This document shows positions 33,021 through 41,752 of a stretch of 64,000 nt of DNA, in pieces. The position numbers and the translations under genes are program-made. A model generated the notes under the pieces. It was not told the origin of the DNA and ran no database searches. It saw nothing but the letters and a program-made list of their open reading frames with translations. The number at the start of each line of letters is the position of its first letter. The first letter of the stretch is position 1. The stretch comes from Bacteroidota bacterium (GTDB lineage Bacteria > Bacteroidota > Bacteroidia > Bacteroidales > VadinHA17): the NCBI GenBank assembly GCA_022561875.1, contig JADFQJ010000008.1:8638-72637 (forward strand). Direction: 5' to 3'.

Positions 33021-33785
33021 ATGAAATCTATGTTAAATATAAAAGATCTTAGAGCATCAATAGAAGGTAAGGAAATTCTGAAGGGGATAAACCTGGAAGT
33101 CAGAGAAGGAGAAGTACATGCCATAATGGGACCTAATGGTTCGGGGAAAAGTACCCTGGCATCCCTCGTGGCGGGAAAAAATTTTGCTGATGTTACAAGT
33201 GGCAGTATTACTTATCTTGGGAAAAACCTGTTCGACCTTAATCCTGAAGAGAGGTCAAAAGCAGGGATCTTTCTGGGGTTCCAGTACCCAATCGAAATTC
33301 CCGGAGTGACAATGGTGAATTTCCTTAAGACAGCTGTTAACGAACACAGGAAACATAAAGGACTGGAACCACTTTCAGCAAAGGATTTTCTGAAATTGCT
33401 GAGGGAGAAAAAGGATCTGGTCGAGATTGACTCGAAACTTACAAGCCGTTCGGTAAATGCAGGGTTCTCAGGGGGTGAAAAAAAGAAAAATGAAATATTC
33501 CAGATGGCTATGCTTGAACCAAAACTGGCTATACTGGATGAAACAGATTCGGGTCTGGATATTGATGCGTTGAAAATTGTTGCCAATGGGGTTAATAAAC
33601 TGAAGAGAAAAGACAATGCAACAATAATTATTACACACTATCAACGCTTACTGGATTATATTATTCCCGATTTCGTGCATGTATTGTTTGACGGGAGAAT
33701 AGTAAAATCCGGCGGTAAGGAACTGGCATTCGAGCTAGAGGAGAAAGGTTATCAATGGATTAAAAACCAGGTAAATGGCAACTGA
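33021..33785 (+). CDS. sufC: Fe-S cluster assembly ATPase SufC
   Basis: Walker A GPNGSGKST, ABC signature FSGGEKK, Walker B LAILDETDSGLD. Confidence 0.95.
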   Translation: MKSMLNIKDLRASIEGKEILKGINLEVREGEVHAIMGPNGSGKSTLASLVAGKNFADVTSGSITYLGKNLFDLNPEERSKAGIFLGFQYPIEIPGVTMVNFLKTAVNEHRKHKGLEPLSAKDFLKLLREKKDLVEIDSKLTSRSVNAGFSGGEKKKNEIFQMAMLEPKLAILDETDSGLDIDALKIVANGVNKLKRKDNATIIITHYQRLLDYIIPDFVHVLFDGRIVKSGGKELAFELEEKGYQWIKNQVNGN

Positions 33786-33816
33786 TTTGGTTTAATGCTG
33801 AAGAGAAAAGGACGAA

Positions 33817-35184
33817 ATGCAAAACGAAATAGTCATATCGGATATTGAACGCGAATTCATTGACCTCTATAGGGAAAACAGGAATATGTTTGAGGCAAAA
33901 GCTTCTGCTCAGGTAAATAAGGTCAGGAAGTCAGGTATCAGGGATTTTGAAAGACTCGGGATCCCGGGAAAGAAGAATGAAGATTATAAATATACACCTT
34001 TGCAGCCCCTTTTCAGAAATGGCTACCGGAAATACCTGGAACCGAAAAAAGTGGAGTTTAATCTGGCCCATGTATTCCGTTGTGATATTCCTACACTCGA
34101 CACTCATCTGGTTCTTATAGTTAACGGATTTTTTGATAAAAAGAATGGAGAACTTTTAAGAGAACTGCCGTCAGGAATTATCATCGGAAGTCTTGCTGCT
34201 GCATCACATGAATATCCTGAGCTTTTTGAAAAACATTATGGTAAATATGCATCCCACCAGGATGGCCTGGTGGCGCTTAATTCGGCGTTTGCTCAGGATG
34301 GGTTCTTTCTTTATGTTCCGAAAGGAACCATTTATAAAAAATTCATACAGATTGTTAATCTTTTAGTGGCTAAGGAAGATATTATGGTACAGCACCGGAA
34401 TCTGATCATCGTTGACGATAATGCGCAGGCCGGTGTAATTATCTGTGATCATGCCCTGACACCTCATAGTTTCCTGACAAATTCAGTTACTGAAATATAT
34501 ACTGCCGAAAACACTTTTTTCGATTATGTCAAGGTGCAGAATGAGCATAATAATGCAGTGCAGTTTTCACATATTTTCGTAAACCAGGAAGCGAACAGCA
34601 ATATGACTTCAAATATTTTGACACTTCATGGAGGAGTTGTGAGGAATAATGTCAATGTATTGCTTAATGGTGAGGGAGCGGAGAACAATTCGTATGGTCT
34701 CTACCTGGTCGATCAGGAACAACATGTGGATAATTACACTTTTATTGATCATGCCAGGCCAAATTGCATTAGCAACCAACTTTATAAAGGAGTATTGGAT
34801 GATTCTGCCACGGGAGCTTTCAATGGAAGAATACTTGTCAGAAAAGATTCGCAAAAAACACATGCCTACCAGGCGAATAACAATATACTGCTTACTGATG
34901 AGGCAAAAATAAATTCCAAGCCACAATTGGAAATATATGCAGATGATGTGAAATGCAGTCACGGTGCAACTGTCGGGCAACTGGATGATGAGGCTTTGTT
35001 CTATATGCGTTCAAGGGGTATTCCGGAAAAGGAAGCCAGACTTATAATGATGTCCGCATTTACTCATGAGATCATTTCAAATATAAAAACCGACCCTTTA
35101 CGCACAAGGATTAACGAACTGGTTGAGAAAAGGCTCAGGGGTGAACTGTCTGCCTGTGATAATTGTGCTGTGAAATGTTATTAA
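33817..35184 (+). CDS. sufD: Fe-S cluster assembly protein SufD
   Basis: 455 aa with a SufB/D beta-helix C-terminal block (PQLEIYADDVKCSHGATVGQLD). It follows sufC. Confidence 0.9.
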   Translation: MQNEIVISDIEREFIDLYRENRNMFEAKASAQVNKVRKSGIRDFERLGIPGKKNEDYKYTPLQPLFRNGYRKYLEPKKVEFNLAHVFRCDIPTLDTHLVLIVNGFFDKKNGELLRELPSGIIIGSLAAASHEYPELFEKHYGKYASHQDGLVALNSAFAQDGFFLYVPKGTIYKKFIQIVNLLVAKEDIMVQHRNLIIVDDNAQAGVIICDHALTPHSFLTNSVTEIYTAENTFFDYVKVQNEHNNAVQFSHIFVNQEANSNMTSNILTLHGGVVRNNVNVLLNGEGAENNSYGLYLVDQEQHVDNYTFIDHARPNCISNQLYKGVLDDSATGAFNGRILVRKDSQKTHAYQANNNILLTDEAKINSKPQLEIYADDVKCSHGATVGQLDDEALFYMRSRGIPEKEARLIMMSAFTHEIISNIKTDPLRTRINELVEKRLRGELSACDNCAVKCY

Positions 35185-35190
35185 ATTAAT

Positions 35191-36411
35191 ATGTTTGACG
35201 TAGAAAAAATAAGAAAAGATTTCCCTGTTCTGCAACAGAAAATTTACGGAAATCCTTTGATATACCTGGATAACGGGGCTACGTCGCAAAAACCCCGGGT
35301 GGTAATTGAGAAAATAAGCAGTTTTTACTCACAAAGCAACAGCAGTATTCATAGAGGTGTACATTTCTTCAGCGAACAGGCCACTGCCAAATATGAGTCT
35401 GCCAGGATTACAGTAAAAGAATTCATCAATGCAAAACATGTTCATGAAGTTGTTTTTACCGCCGGCACGACAGCTTCAATTAACAATGTGGCTTTTTCAT
35501 TTGGCGAAAAATATATAAAAGCAGGAGACGAGATCATCCTCACAGAGATGGAACATCACGCTAATATTGTTCCCTGGCAAATGCTCTGTGACAGGAAAGG
35601 ATGTAAGTTGAAAATCATTCCTTTCGATGATAACGGAGAGCTGATTCTTGAGGATCTTGAAAAAATGTTTACTCCGAAAACCAGGATCCTGGCTGTGACA
35701 CATGTTTCAAATGCACTGGGCACCATTAATCCCGTTAAGGAAATGATCAAAAAAGCCCATGCATATAATGTCCCTGTCCTGATTGACGGAGCACAGTCAA
35801 TTCAGCATGGAGTAGTTGATGTCAGGGATCTTGATTGTGATTTCTTCGTCTTCTCAGGACATAAGATATATGGACCTACCGGAATAGGAGTTCTTTATGG
35901 AAAAGAGAAATGGCTTGAAGAAATGCCACCATACCAGGGAGGTGGCGATATGGTCAGAAATGTAACCTTTGAAAAAACAACCTATAACGATCTTCCATTT
36001 AAGTTTGAAGCCGGTACCACAAACTATGTTGGGGCTATGGGACTGGCTACAGCACTCAATTACCTTACAGAAACCGGGAGAGAGGAGATAAAAGAGTACG
36101 AGAGTGAGTTAACCGGATATGCCCACAGAAAGTTAGGTCAGGTCGAAGGCCTGAAATTCTTTGGGACATCAACGAATAAGATATGTATCCTGTCGTTTTT
36201 ACTTGACGGAATACACCAGTATGATGCCGGCATGATCATTGACAAACTTGGTATAGCAGTCAGGACAGGCACCCACTGTGCCCAGCCGGTCATGGATCAT
36301 TTCGGCATTGACGGAACCCTCAGGGCTTCACTGGCGTTCTATAATACAAAGGATGAGATTGACCGATTATATGAGGCTCTGTTGAAAGTTAAACAAATGC
36401 TGGGAAGCTGA
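35191..36411 (+). CDS. sufS: Cysteine desulfurase, SufS subfamily
   Basis: Class V aminotransferase with the PLP-lysine block FSGHKIYGPTGIGVLYG and the catalytic RTGTHCAQP loop. Confidence 0.93.
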   Translation: MFDVEKIRKDFPVLQQKIYGNPLIYLDNGATSQKPRVVIEKISSFYSQSNSSIHRGVHFFSEQATAKYESARITVKEFINAKHVHEVVFTAGTTASINNVAFSFGEKYIKAGDEIILTEMEHHANIVPWQMLCDRKGCKLKIIPFDDNGELILEDLEKMFTPKTRILAVTHVSNALGTINPVKEMIKKAHAYNVPVLIDGAQSIQHGVVDVRDLDCDFFVFSGHKIYGPTGIGVLYGKEKWLEEMPPYQGGGDMVRNVTFEKTTYNDLPFKFEAGTTNYVGAMGLATALNYLTETGREEIKEYESELTGYAHRKLGQVEGLKFFGTSTNKICILSFLLDGIHQYDAGMIIDKLGIAVRTGTHCAQPVMDHFGIDGTLRASLAFYNTKDEIDRLYEALLKVKQMLGS

Positions 36412-36559
36412 GAAGAAGTAGGAAGAGGTGAGAGATGAGAAGATGAGAGATGAGAGGTGAGAGATGAGAAGAGAGAAGATGAGAGATGAGAGATGAGAGA
36501 TGAGAGAAAAAATAAGGAGTCGGGAGTAAGGAGAAAGCAGGGGGCTTGAAGCAAAGAGC
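36412..36559 (+). repeat. C-free purine-rich repeat module in the sufS-sufE spacer
   Basis: It starts right after the sufS TGA. An imperfect GAGAGAT/GAGAAGAT array (36428-36507) has no C for over 100 nt. It is followed by agcagggggcttgaagcaaagagc (36536-36559), which recurs at 37068-37091. Confidence 0.9.
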
Positions 36560-36608
36560 TGAATTTGAAAGAAATATTTAGATAAATAGCAGATTTATAT
36601 ACCTAAAA

Positions 36609-37043
36609 ATGACACTAAACGAAATTCAGGATGAAATTATTGAAGACTTTGAGTTTTTCGATGAATGGATGGATAAGTATAACTACCTGATCGAATTGGG
36701 GAATAAGCTTGAACCAATAGATCCGAAATATAAGAATAATGGATATCTTATCGAAGGATGCCAATCGAAAGTATGGCTTCGTACCGAACTGGACCAGGGG
36801 AAAGTCAGGTTCACTGCAGATAGCGATGCGATCATTACTAAGGGGATTGTAGCTTTGCTGGTAAAAGTACTGTCAGGACGGAAGCCGGAGGAGATCAAAG
36901 ATGCTGACCTCTATTTCATCGACCGGATCGGATTAAAGGAAAACCTGTCACCCACCCGCTCGAACGGACTACTGGCAATGATGAAGCAAATGAAATTGTA
37001 TGGTCTGGCTTATTATGCAAAACAAGGGGAGAGTAAGAAGTAA
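36609..37043 (+). CDS. sufE: Cysteine desulfuration (sulfur acceptor) protein SufE
   Basis: 144 aa with the active-site block IEGCQSKVWL typical of SufE/CsdE. Confidence 0.88.
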   Translation: MTLNEIQDEIIEDFEFFDEWMDKYNYLIELGNKLEPIDPKYKNNGYLIEGCQSKVWLRTELDQGKVRFTADSDAIITKGIVALLVKVLSGRKPEEIKDADLYFIDRIGLKENLSPTRSNGLLAMMKQMKLYGLAYYAKQGESKK

Positions 37044-37130
37044 ATAGTATGTAGTAAGTAGAAAAGGAGCAGGGTGCTGAGAGCAAAGAGCGACGGGGCG
37101 ACTGAGCGAGGGGGCGAAGAGGCGAAGAAG
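37035..37130 (+). repeat. Repeat module spanning the sufE stop codon and the sufE-sufT spacer
   Basis: aagaagtaaatagtatgtagtaagtag (37035-37061) contains the sufE TAA and matches 32851-32877 at 26 of 27 positions. agcagggtgctgagagcaaagagc lies at 37068-37091. gagcgagggggcgaagaggcgaagaag lies at 37104-37130. Confidence 0.9.
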
Positions 37131-37161
37131 AGAAAAGTAAAAAATAATTAATTTTGAATTT

Positions 37162-37485
37162 ATGGCTGAAGAAAATGATTTCCTGATTGTGGAAGCTCAA
37201 ATATTAAAAGCACTCAAGACTGTTTTTGATCCGGAGATACCTGTAAATGTTTATGATCTCGGACTGATATATGAAATAGCAGTTGATGAAAATAAAGTTG
37301 CCCGGATAACCATGACACTGACTGCACCAAACTGTCCGATGGCAGATGATTTGATTGCAGATGTACGAAATATGGTCGGTAGTATTAAAGGTGTAAAGGA
37401 TGTAAATATTACCCTTACTTTCGATCCTCCCTGGGATAAAAGCATGATGTCTGAAGAGGCTCAGCTGGAACTGGGGTTTTTATAG
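37162..37485 (+). CDS. sufT: DUF59/SufT-type Fe-S assembly protein
   Basis: 107 aa with DPEIPVNVYDLGLIY and TLTAPNCPMAD blocks of the MIP18/DUF59 family. It is the last gene of the suf cluster. Confidence 0.85.
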   Translation: MAEENDFLIVEAQILKALKTVFDPEIPVNVYDLGLIYEIAVDENKVARITMTLTAPNCPMADDLIADVRNMVGSIKGVKDVNITLTFDPPWDKSMMSEEAQLELGFL

Positions 37486-37534
37486 GATAAGTAAATGCTT
37501 TGTTATTCCTGTGTTTCCAGTAAATCAAGATAAA

Positions 37535-38461
37535 ATGAACCGCAAGGAAGAGATCGCTTTTTTTATAAAAGCTGAGGCAAAAAAACTCGGCTTTCAGGTT
37601 TGCGGTATTGCTCCTGCAGGTTATCTCGATAAAGATGCTGCACACCTTTCTGACTGGTTAAATAGTGGTATGCACGCCGGAATGAATTACATGAAGGATA
37701 ATTTTAAGAAAAGGGTAGATCCTGTGGAATTGATTCCCGGGGCCAGATCGGTTATTTCCGTTATCCTTAATTATTATCCGACTGAAGTTAAGAAGGGTAA
37801 TAAAAATCTACAAATTTCAAAGTATGCCTGCGGTCGTGATTATCATGAGGTTATTAAGAGAAAACTGAAAAAATTACTTGAAATTATCCGGGAATTTGAT
37901 GAAACTGTAACAGGACGGTTTTTCGTTGATTCAGCTCCTGTTTTGGAAAGGGCATGGGCTGCCCGGAGCGGCCTGGGATGGATCGGGAAAAATTCAAACC
38001 TGATCAGCAGGAAATATGGATCATTTGTTTTTATTGGTGAATTGATAATTGATCTTGACCTGGAGTACGACAATCCTGCAAAAGATTATTGTGCCAATTG
38101 CACAAAGTGTATTGATGCTTGTCCAACCAATGCTATTATTGCAGACAGGGTGATAGATGCCCGCCGGTGTATATCATATCATACCATCGAGAATAAAGGA
38201 GAAATTGACAATAAACTCAAAGGGAAAATGAGGAATTGGATATTTGGCTGTGATATTTGTCAGGATGTCTGTCCATGGAACATAGAGATAAATCCTGCCG
38301 GTGAACCTGATTTTATATCACGTAAAGAAATGCTGGAAATGAACCGGGATGACTGGAATAAACTGGATGAAAAGAGATATAACGAATTGTTTTCCGGTAC
38401 TGCGGTAAAAAGAGCCGGATTCTCGGGTCTTAAGAGGAATATTGCTTTTCTTGAAGAGTGA
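37535..38461 (+). CDS. queG: Epoxyqueuosine reductase QueG
   Basis: Two 4Fe-4S ferredoxin motifs (CANCTKCIDACP, CDICQDVCPWN) and GLGWIGKN. ATG 37535 (MNRKEEIAFF) is preferred over the upstream GTG at 37511 listed in the ORF track. Confidence 0.88.
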   Translation: MNRKEEIAFFIKAEAKKLGFQVCGIAPAGYLDKDAAHLSDWLNSGMHAGMNYMKDNFKKRVDPVELIPGARSVISVILNYYPTEVKKGNKNLQISKYACGRDYHEVIKRKLKKLLEIIREFDETVTGRFFVDSAPVLERAWAARSGLGWIGKNSNLISRKYGSFVFIGELIIDLDLEYDNPAKDYCANCTKCIDACPTNAIIADRVIDARRCISYHTIENKGEIDNKLKGKMRNWIFGCDICQDVCPWNIEINPAGEPDFISRKEMLEMNRDDWNKLDEKRYNELFSGTAVKRAGFSGLKRNIAFLEE

Positions 38462-38774
38462 TATATTGGTCATACTGTTGAAAAGAGGCAAACAATTCCT
38501 GCTTTCCTGACTTAAAAGTTTTCTCTGCGTCTCTGTAACTCTGCTATTTGTTTTTTTCAATTCATAATTCGTTAAGTTGATCGTCATGACAGTATTGTGG
38601 ATGGATTTATTGGTGAGGAAATCTTTGTCGGGTTGATGAATGATCCCCGTATTGATGATATGCTATCGATTCCGGAGACACCAAACGAGGAGATATGGAA
38701 GAAAGAGATTGAGTTTTTTTTCCGTTCTGTGGAGGGTTAAAACCCGACAGTTGTATTGGTTTCATCTGGTGTAT

Positions 38775-38815
38775 GACAAATAGAAAGAGGTGCCAGTAAT
38801 TAACCTGACACCTCT
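38775..38815 (-). terminator. Candidate terminator downstream of the SusC/D operon
   Basis: On the minus strand, AGAGGTG (38815-38809) pairs with CACCTCT (38792-38786), followed by TTTCTATTT. It lies ~130 nt past the IPT/TIG gene stop. Confidence 0.35.
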
Positions 38816-38942
38816 AACGTAAAACTATACATAACCTAAACTTATGTTAACCGACCACAGGTAAATATTTATTAATTTCCATCATAGCCAGGATTTTGAA
38901 CTAATGGGTTAACAATTAGTTTTACTATAAGCTATTTACAAT

Positions 38943-40142
38943 TTACTCTTGATAAATAATTGTTATTGTAGCGGCATCACTTCCAACACCTGCTTCAGCT
39001 TCCCTTCCTCCGGAACTACTTGTTACGCCGATACTAGGGCCACTATGCTCCAAAATAAAACTTAAACTATTTCCTGAGGCCCAATTTGCATGACCCACAA
39101 TCTCTTGTATAATACTGCTTAAATCAACAGTTTTTTGAGCATCACCTGCATCTCCTACATCAACCCATTCAGGAATAGCCCAAACTGCACTCGAAGTAGT
39201 TTTCACCCTGCTTGTTACATTATAGAAAACCTCTTCATAAGCTGCTGCATTTCCAACATTTTCTCCGAAAATAGTTAACTCTACCGGATCTGCACCTGTG
39301 TTATCGCAGGTAAACTGGATAATGGCTGACAAAATAGTGGCAGATGCCGGAATGGTAATATTATTAAACCTAATACCAATTGTTTGTAATCCTTGCTCTA
39401 TACCATTTTGTGTCCATGTATCATATTCCCCCAACTCCAGGTCACTGCTATATAGCGCCATAGCTCCATTTATTTCTCCTTCTTCCACATCGTCTTCATC
39501 CGCAGAAATTGTAACAATTATAGTAAATATGGGAGTAGTTACAGTAAACAAAACGCCATTTGATACAGCATCTCTGGTTACGGTAACATTACCCGTAACA
39601 GCCGTAGGAGGCACAGTAGTCGTAATAGTTGTTTCTGTGGATGCAGTCACTGTTGCTATTCCTCCGTTAAAGCTTACTACATTATCTGCAGGTGTAGTGC
39701 TGAAGTTTGTACCGGTAATGGTTACTGTATCTCCAATTTCACCACTAATTGGATCAACAGAAGTAATTGTTGGGATAATAGGTATTGTGACTGTAAATGG
39801 ATAGCCAGATGATGTTAGACTATTTGTTGTTACTGTAACGTTACCTGTAGTTGCACCCGCAGGCACAGTAGTGGTAATTTCCAAAGTTGTAGTTGCAGTC
39901 ACAATAGCTGCTGTTCCATTAAAACTGACTGCATTTTCCGCAATTGCAGAACTAAAGTTTGAACCATAAATGATAACCTCCATGCCTTCAAAAGCAACAT
40001 TTGGTCCTATTTCAGTAATAGTAGGTGGACGTATCCCTGGATCATATTCTTTTTCTGCGCACGACCATAATAATCCAATGGTCGCTATAATGCTCATATA
40101 GAACATGAACGACTTATTTGCAATTGTCACTAATTTCTTCAT
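38943..40142 (-). CDS. Surface lipoprotein with two IPT/TIG domains and a C-terminal domain of unknown function (SusE/F-position protein)
   Basis: Lipobox LLWSC. Two repeats of the pattern PTIT.I.P....G..V.I.G.NFS......V.FNG..A.V......I.T.VP..A.TGNVTVT. A ~190-aa tail has no family I recognise. It lies directly downstream of susD. Confidence 0.75.
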   Translation of the reverse strand: MKKLVTIANKSFMFYMSIIATIGLLWSCAEKEYDPGIRPPTITEIGPNVAFEGMEVIIYGSNFSSAIAENAVSFNGTAAIVTATTTLEITTTVPAGATTGNVTVTTNSLTSSGYPFTVTIPIIPTITSVDPISGEIGDTVTITGTNFSTTPADNVVSFNGGIATVTASTETTITTTVPPTAVTGNVTVTRDAVSNGVLFTVTTPIFTIIVTISADEDDVEEGEINGAMALYSSDLELGEYDTWTQNGIEQGLQTIGIRFNNITIPASATILSAIIQFTCDNTGADPVELTIFGENVGNAAAYEEVFYNVTSRVKTTSSAVWAIPEWVDVGDAGDAQKTVDLSSIIQEIVGHANWASGNSLSFILEHSGPSIGVTSSSGGREAEAGVGSDAATITIIYQE

Positions 40143-40229
40143 AACTTCATAATTTTTATAGAATTAAAAATTGATAATAAATATATCGGTTAATGTTAAC
40201 CGACCATTGGCAACAAATTATTTAGCTTC

Positions 40230-41726
40230 TTAATAATAACCCTCATTTTGTATCAAGGGGTTAATATTGAGTTCATCTGTAGGTATAGGTAAAATAACCA
40301 TGTAATGATCCCATTCAATTAGCAGAGGTGTATGTACTTCAAAAATTCTGGCAGAATTCGACCTTACAATATCCCTCTTATTTCTTATCAGGTCAAAGAA
40401 CCGGTGACCTTCGGCAACAAGTTCTTTTCTTCTTTCGGTTAGAATTCTGTCAAGGTCAACATCCACCTGTGCTACTGTAGCTGCTGGATTAGCACGTTCA
40501 ACAATTTCATTAAGATAGAATGTAGCGTTTGCGGCATTTGGGATCTTTATCGCAGCCTCGGCAGCTATCAGGTAAACTTCAGAAAGACGAAAAACAGATA
40601 CATTACCTGCATATGCAGATACTACCAGAGGACTTCCGGTTTCCTGGTGAGCCACTATTATTGCTTTAGTGTTGCCATTGCCAGGATGTTTCAGAACCCT
40701 GCCCCATGTATTTGGATCTGCAGGATTACTTACCTGATCTATATATAGCATCTCTGTACGGATATCACCTGGATCAGATCTGATTAAATCGATAAGATCC
40801 TGAGTTGCGATAAACTGACCATAGCCATCCGGGTCGGCAAGGTTATTTACACTACCCCCCCCACCATTATCAGATGCGTTATTTAAAACTGAAAATATTG
40901 CCTCAGAAGATCCGCTTTCGTTGGACCAGGAGTCAACATATTCGTCTCTGTCCATAAGAGTATATGGGCCATTGCTTATTACATCAACTGCCGTAGCATA
41001 TGCGTTTAAATTATCCTCCATATATAAGTATACCCGTGCCAACAGAGTTTTTGCAGCCCAGTAGTTTATTTTACCTAATCTCTTATTTTTGGAGAGCAAA
41101 GGAATTGCTGCATTTAAATCGGCTAAAACTTGTGTATACACTTCAGCTACAGTATTTCTGGGTAACTTTTCATAAGGATCTAATACCATGGTTACAATCG
41201 GAACTCCCAATGATGCTCCATTATCATGGGAATATTGCCGACCGAACATCCTGCAAAGGTCAAAATGGACAAGAGCTCTGATAGCTAAAGCCTGACCCTC
41301 AATGTCCAATTTCTCTTCGGCTTCAGCTTCCGTGACAGTCTTGATATCTTTAATAAATGATAATATGGAATTTACATGCCTTAGCAGCGCATAGGGATGC
41401 GACCAAATCGCACCATTAGAAGAATATTCCATATCCTCAGCAGTATATGTATAGGAATACTGAATATATATCCTACCATACTCGGCAGTCTGCATGTCAT
41501 CAGCCTTGACACCGTGATAGGTGATCATTTTTGAATTGTAATAATTGTTATTTTGTATAAGATTATATGCTCCATTCAATACAATCTGGGCGTCAGGAAT
41601 AGTTTGTATATTATCGGGAGATTGAGAATTGCTTGGAAACTCATCAAGAAAATCTTCCGAACATGACTGTGCTGCAATCAGCAATACAATCATAATTAGT
41701 TTAACTATATATTTTATTTTTTTCAT
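40230..41726 (-). CDS. susD: SusD/RagB family nutrient-binding outer membrane lipoprotein
   Basis: Lipobox AAQSC, 498 aa, TPR-like SusD blocks (WAAKTLLARVYLY, ERRKELVAEGHRFFDL). It is paired with the upstream SusC. Confidence 0.9.
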   Translation of the reverse strand: MKKIKYIVKLIMIVLLIAAQSCSEDFLDEFPSNSQSPDNIQTIPDAQIVLNGAYNLIQNNNYYNSKMITYHGVKADDMQTAEYGRIYIQYSYTYTAEDMEYSSNGAIWSHPYALLRHVNSILSFIKDIKTVTEAEAEEKLDIEGQALAIRALVHFDLCRMFGRQYSHDNGASLGVPIVTMVLDPYEKLPRNTVAEVYTQVLADLNAAIPLLSKNKRLGKINYWAAKTLLARVYLYMEDNLNAYATAVDVISNGPYTLMDRDEYVDSWSNESGSSEAIFSVLNNASDNGGGGSVNNLADPDGYGQFIATQDLIDLIRSDPGDIRTEMLYIDQVSNPADPNTWGRVLKHPGNGNTKAIIVAHQETGSPLVVSAYAGNVSVFRLSEVYLIAAEAAIKIPNAANATFYLNEIVERANPAATVAQVDVDLDRILTERRKELVAEGHRFFDLIRNKRDIVRSNSARIFEVHTPLLIEWDHYMVILPIPTDELNINPLIQNEGYY

Positions 41727-41752
41727 TTTAATAAATTTTAAAATTTAATAAT

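Noticed and set aside
36339-36554. Minus-strand 71-aa ORF (..SSLISHLSSSLFSSLTSHLSSSHLS..).
   Set aside because: It is simply the reverse-frame translation of the GAGAGAT tandem array. The periodic low-complexity product is an artefact of the repeat. The same applies to 26277..26648, 27208..27579, 29908..30096, 36916..37200 and 51892..52074.
38638-38742. A 34-codon ORF (MNDPRIDDMLSIPETPNEEIWKKEIEFFFRSVEG*) bracketed by the 9-nt inverted repeat TGTCGGGTT/AACCCGACA.
   Set aside because: It is too short, I recognise no family, and it has no start context. It is noted only as a possible gene fragment.
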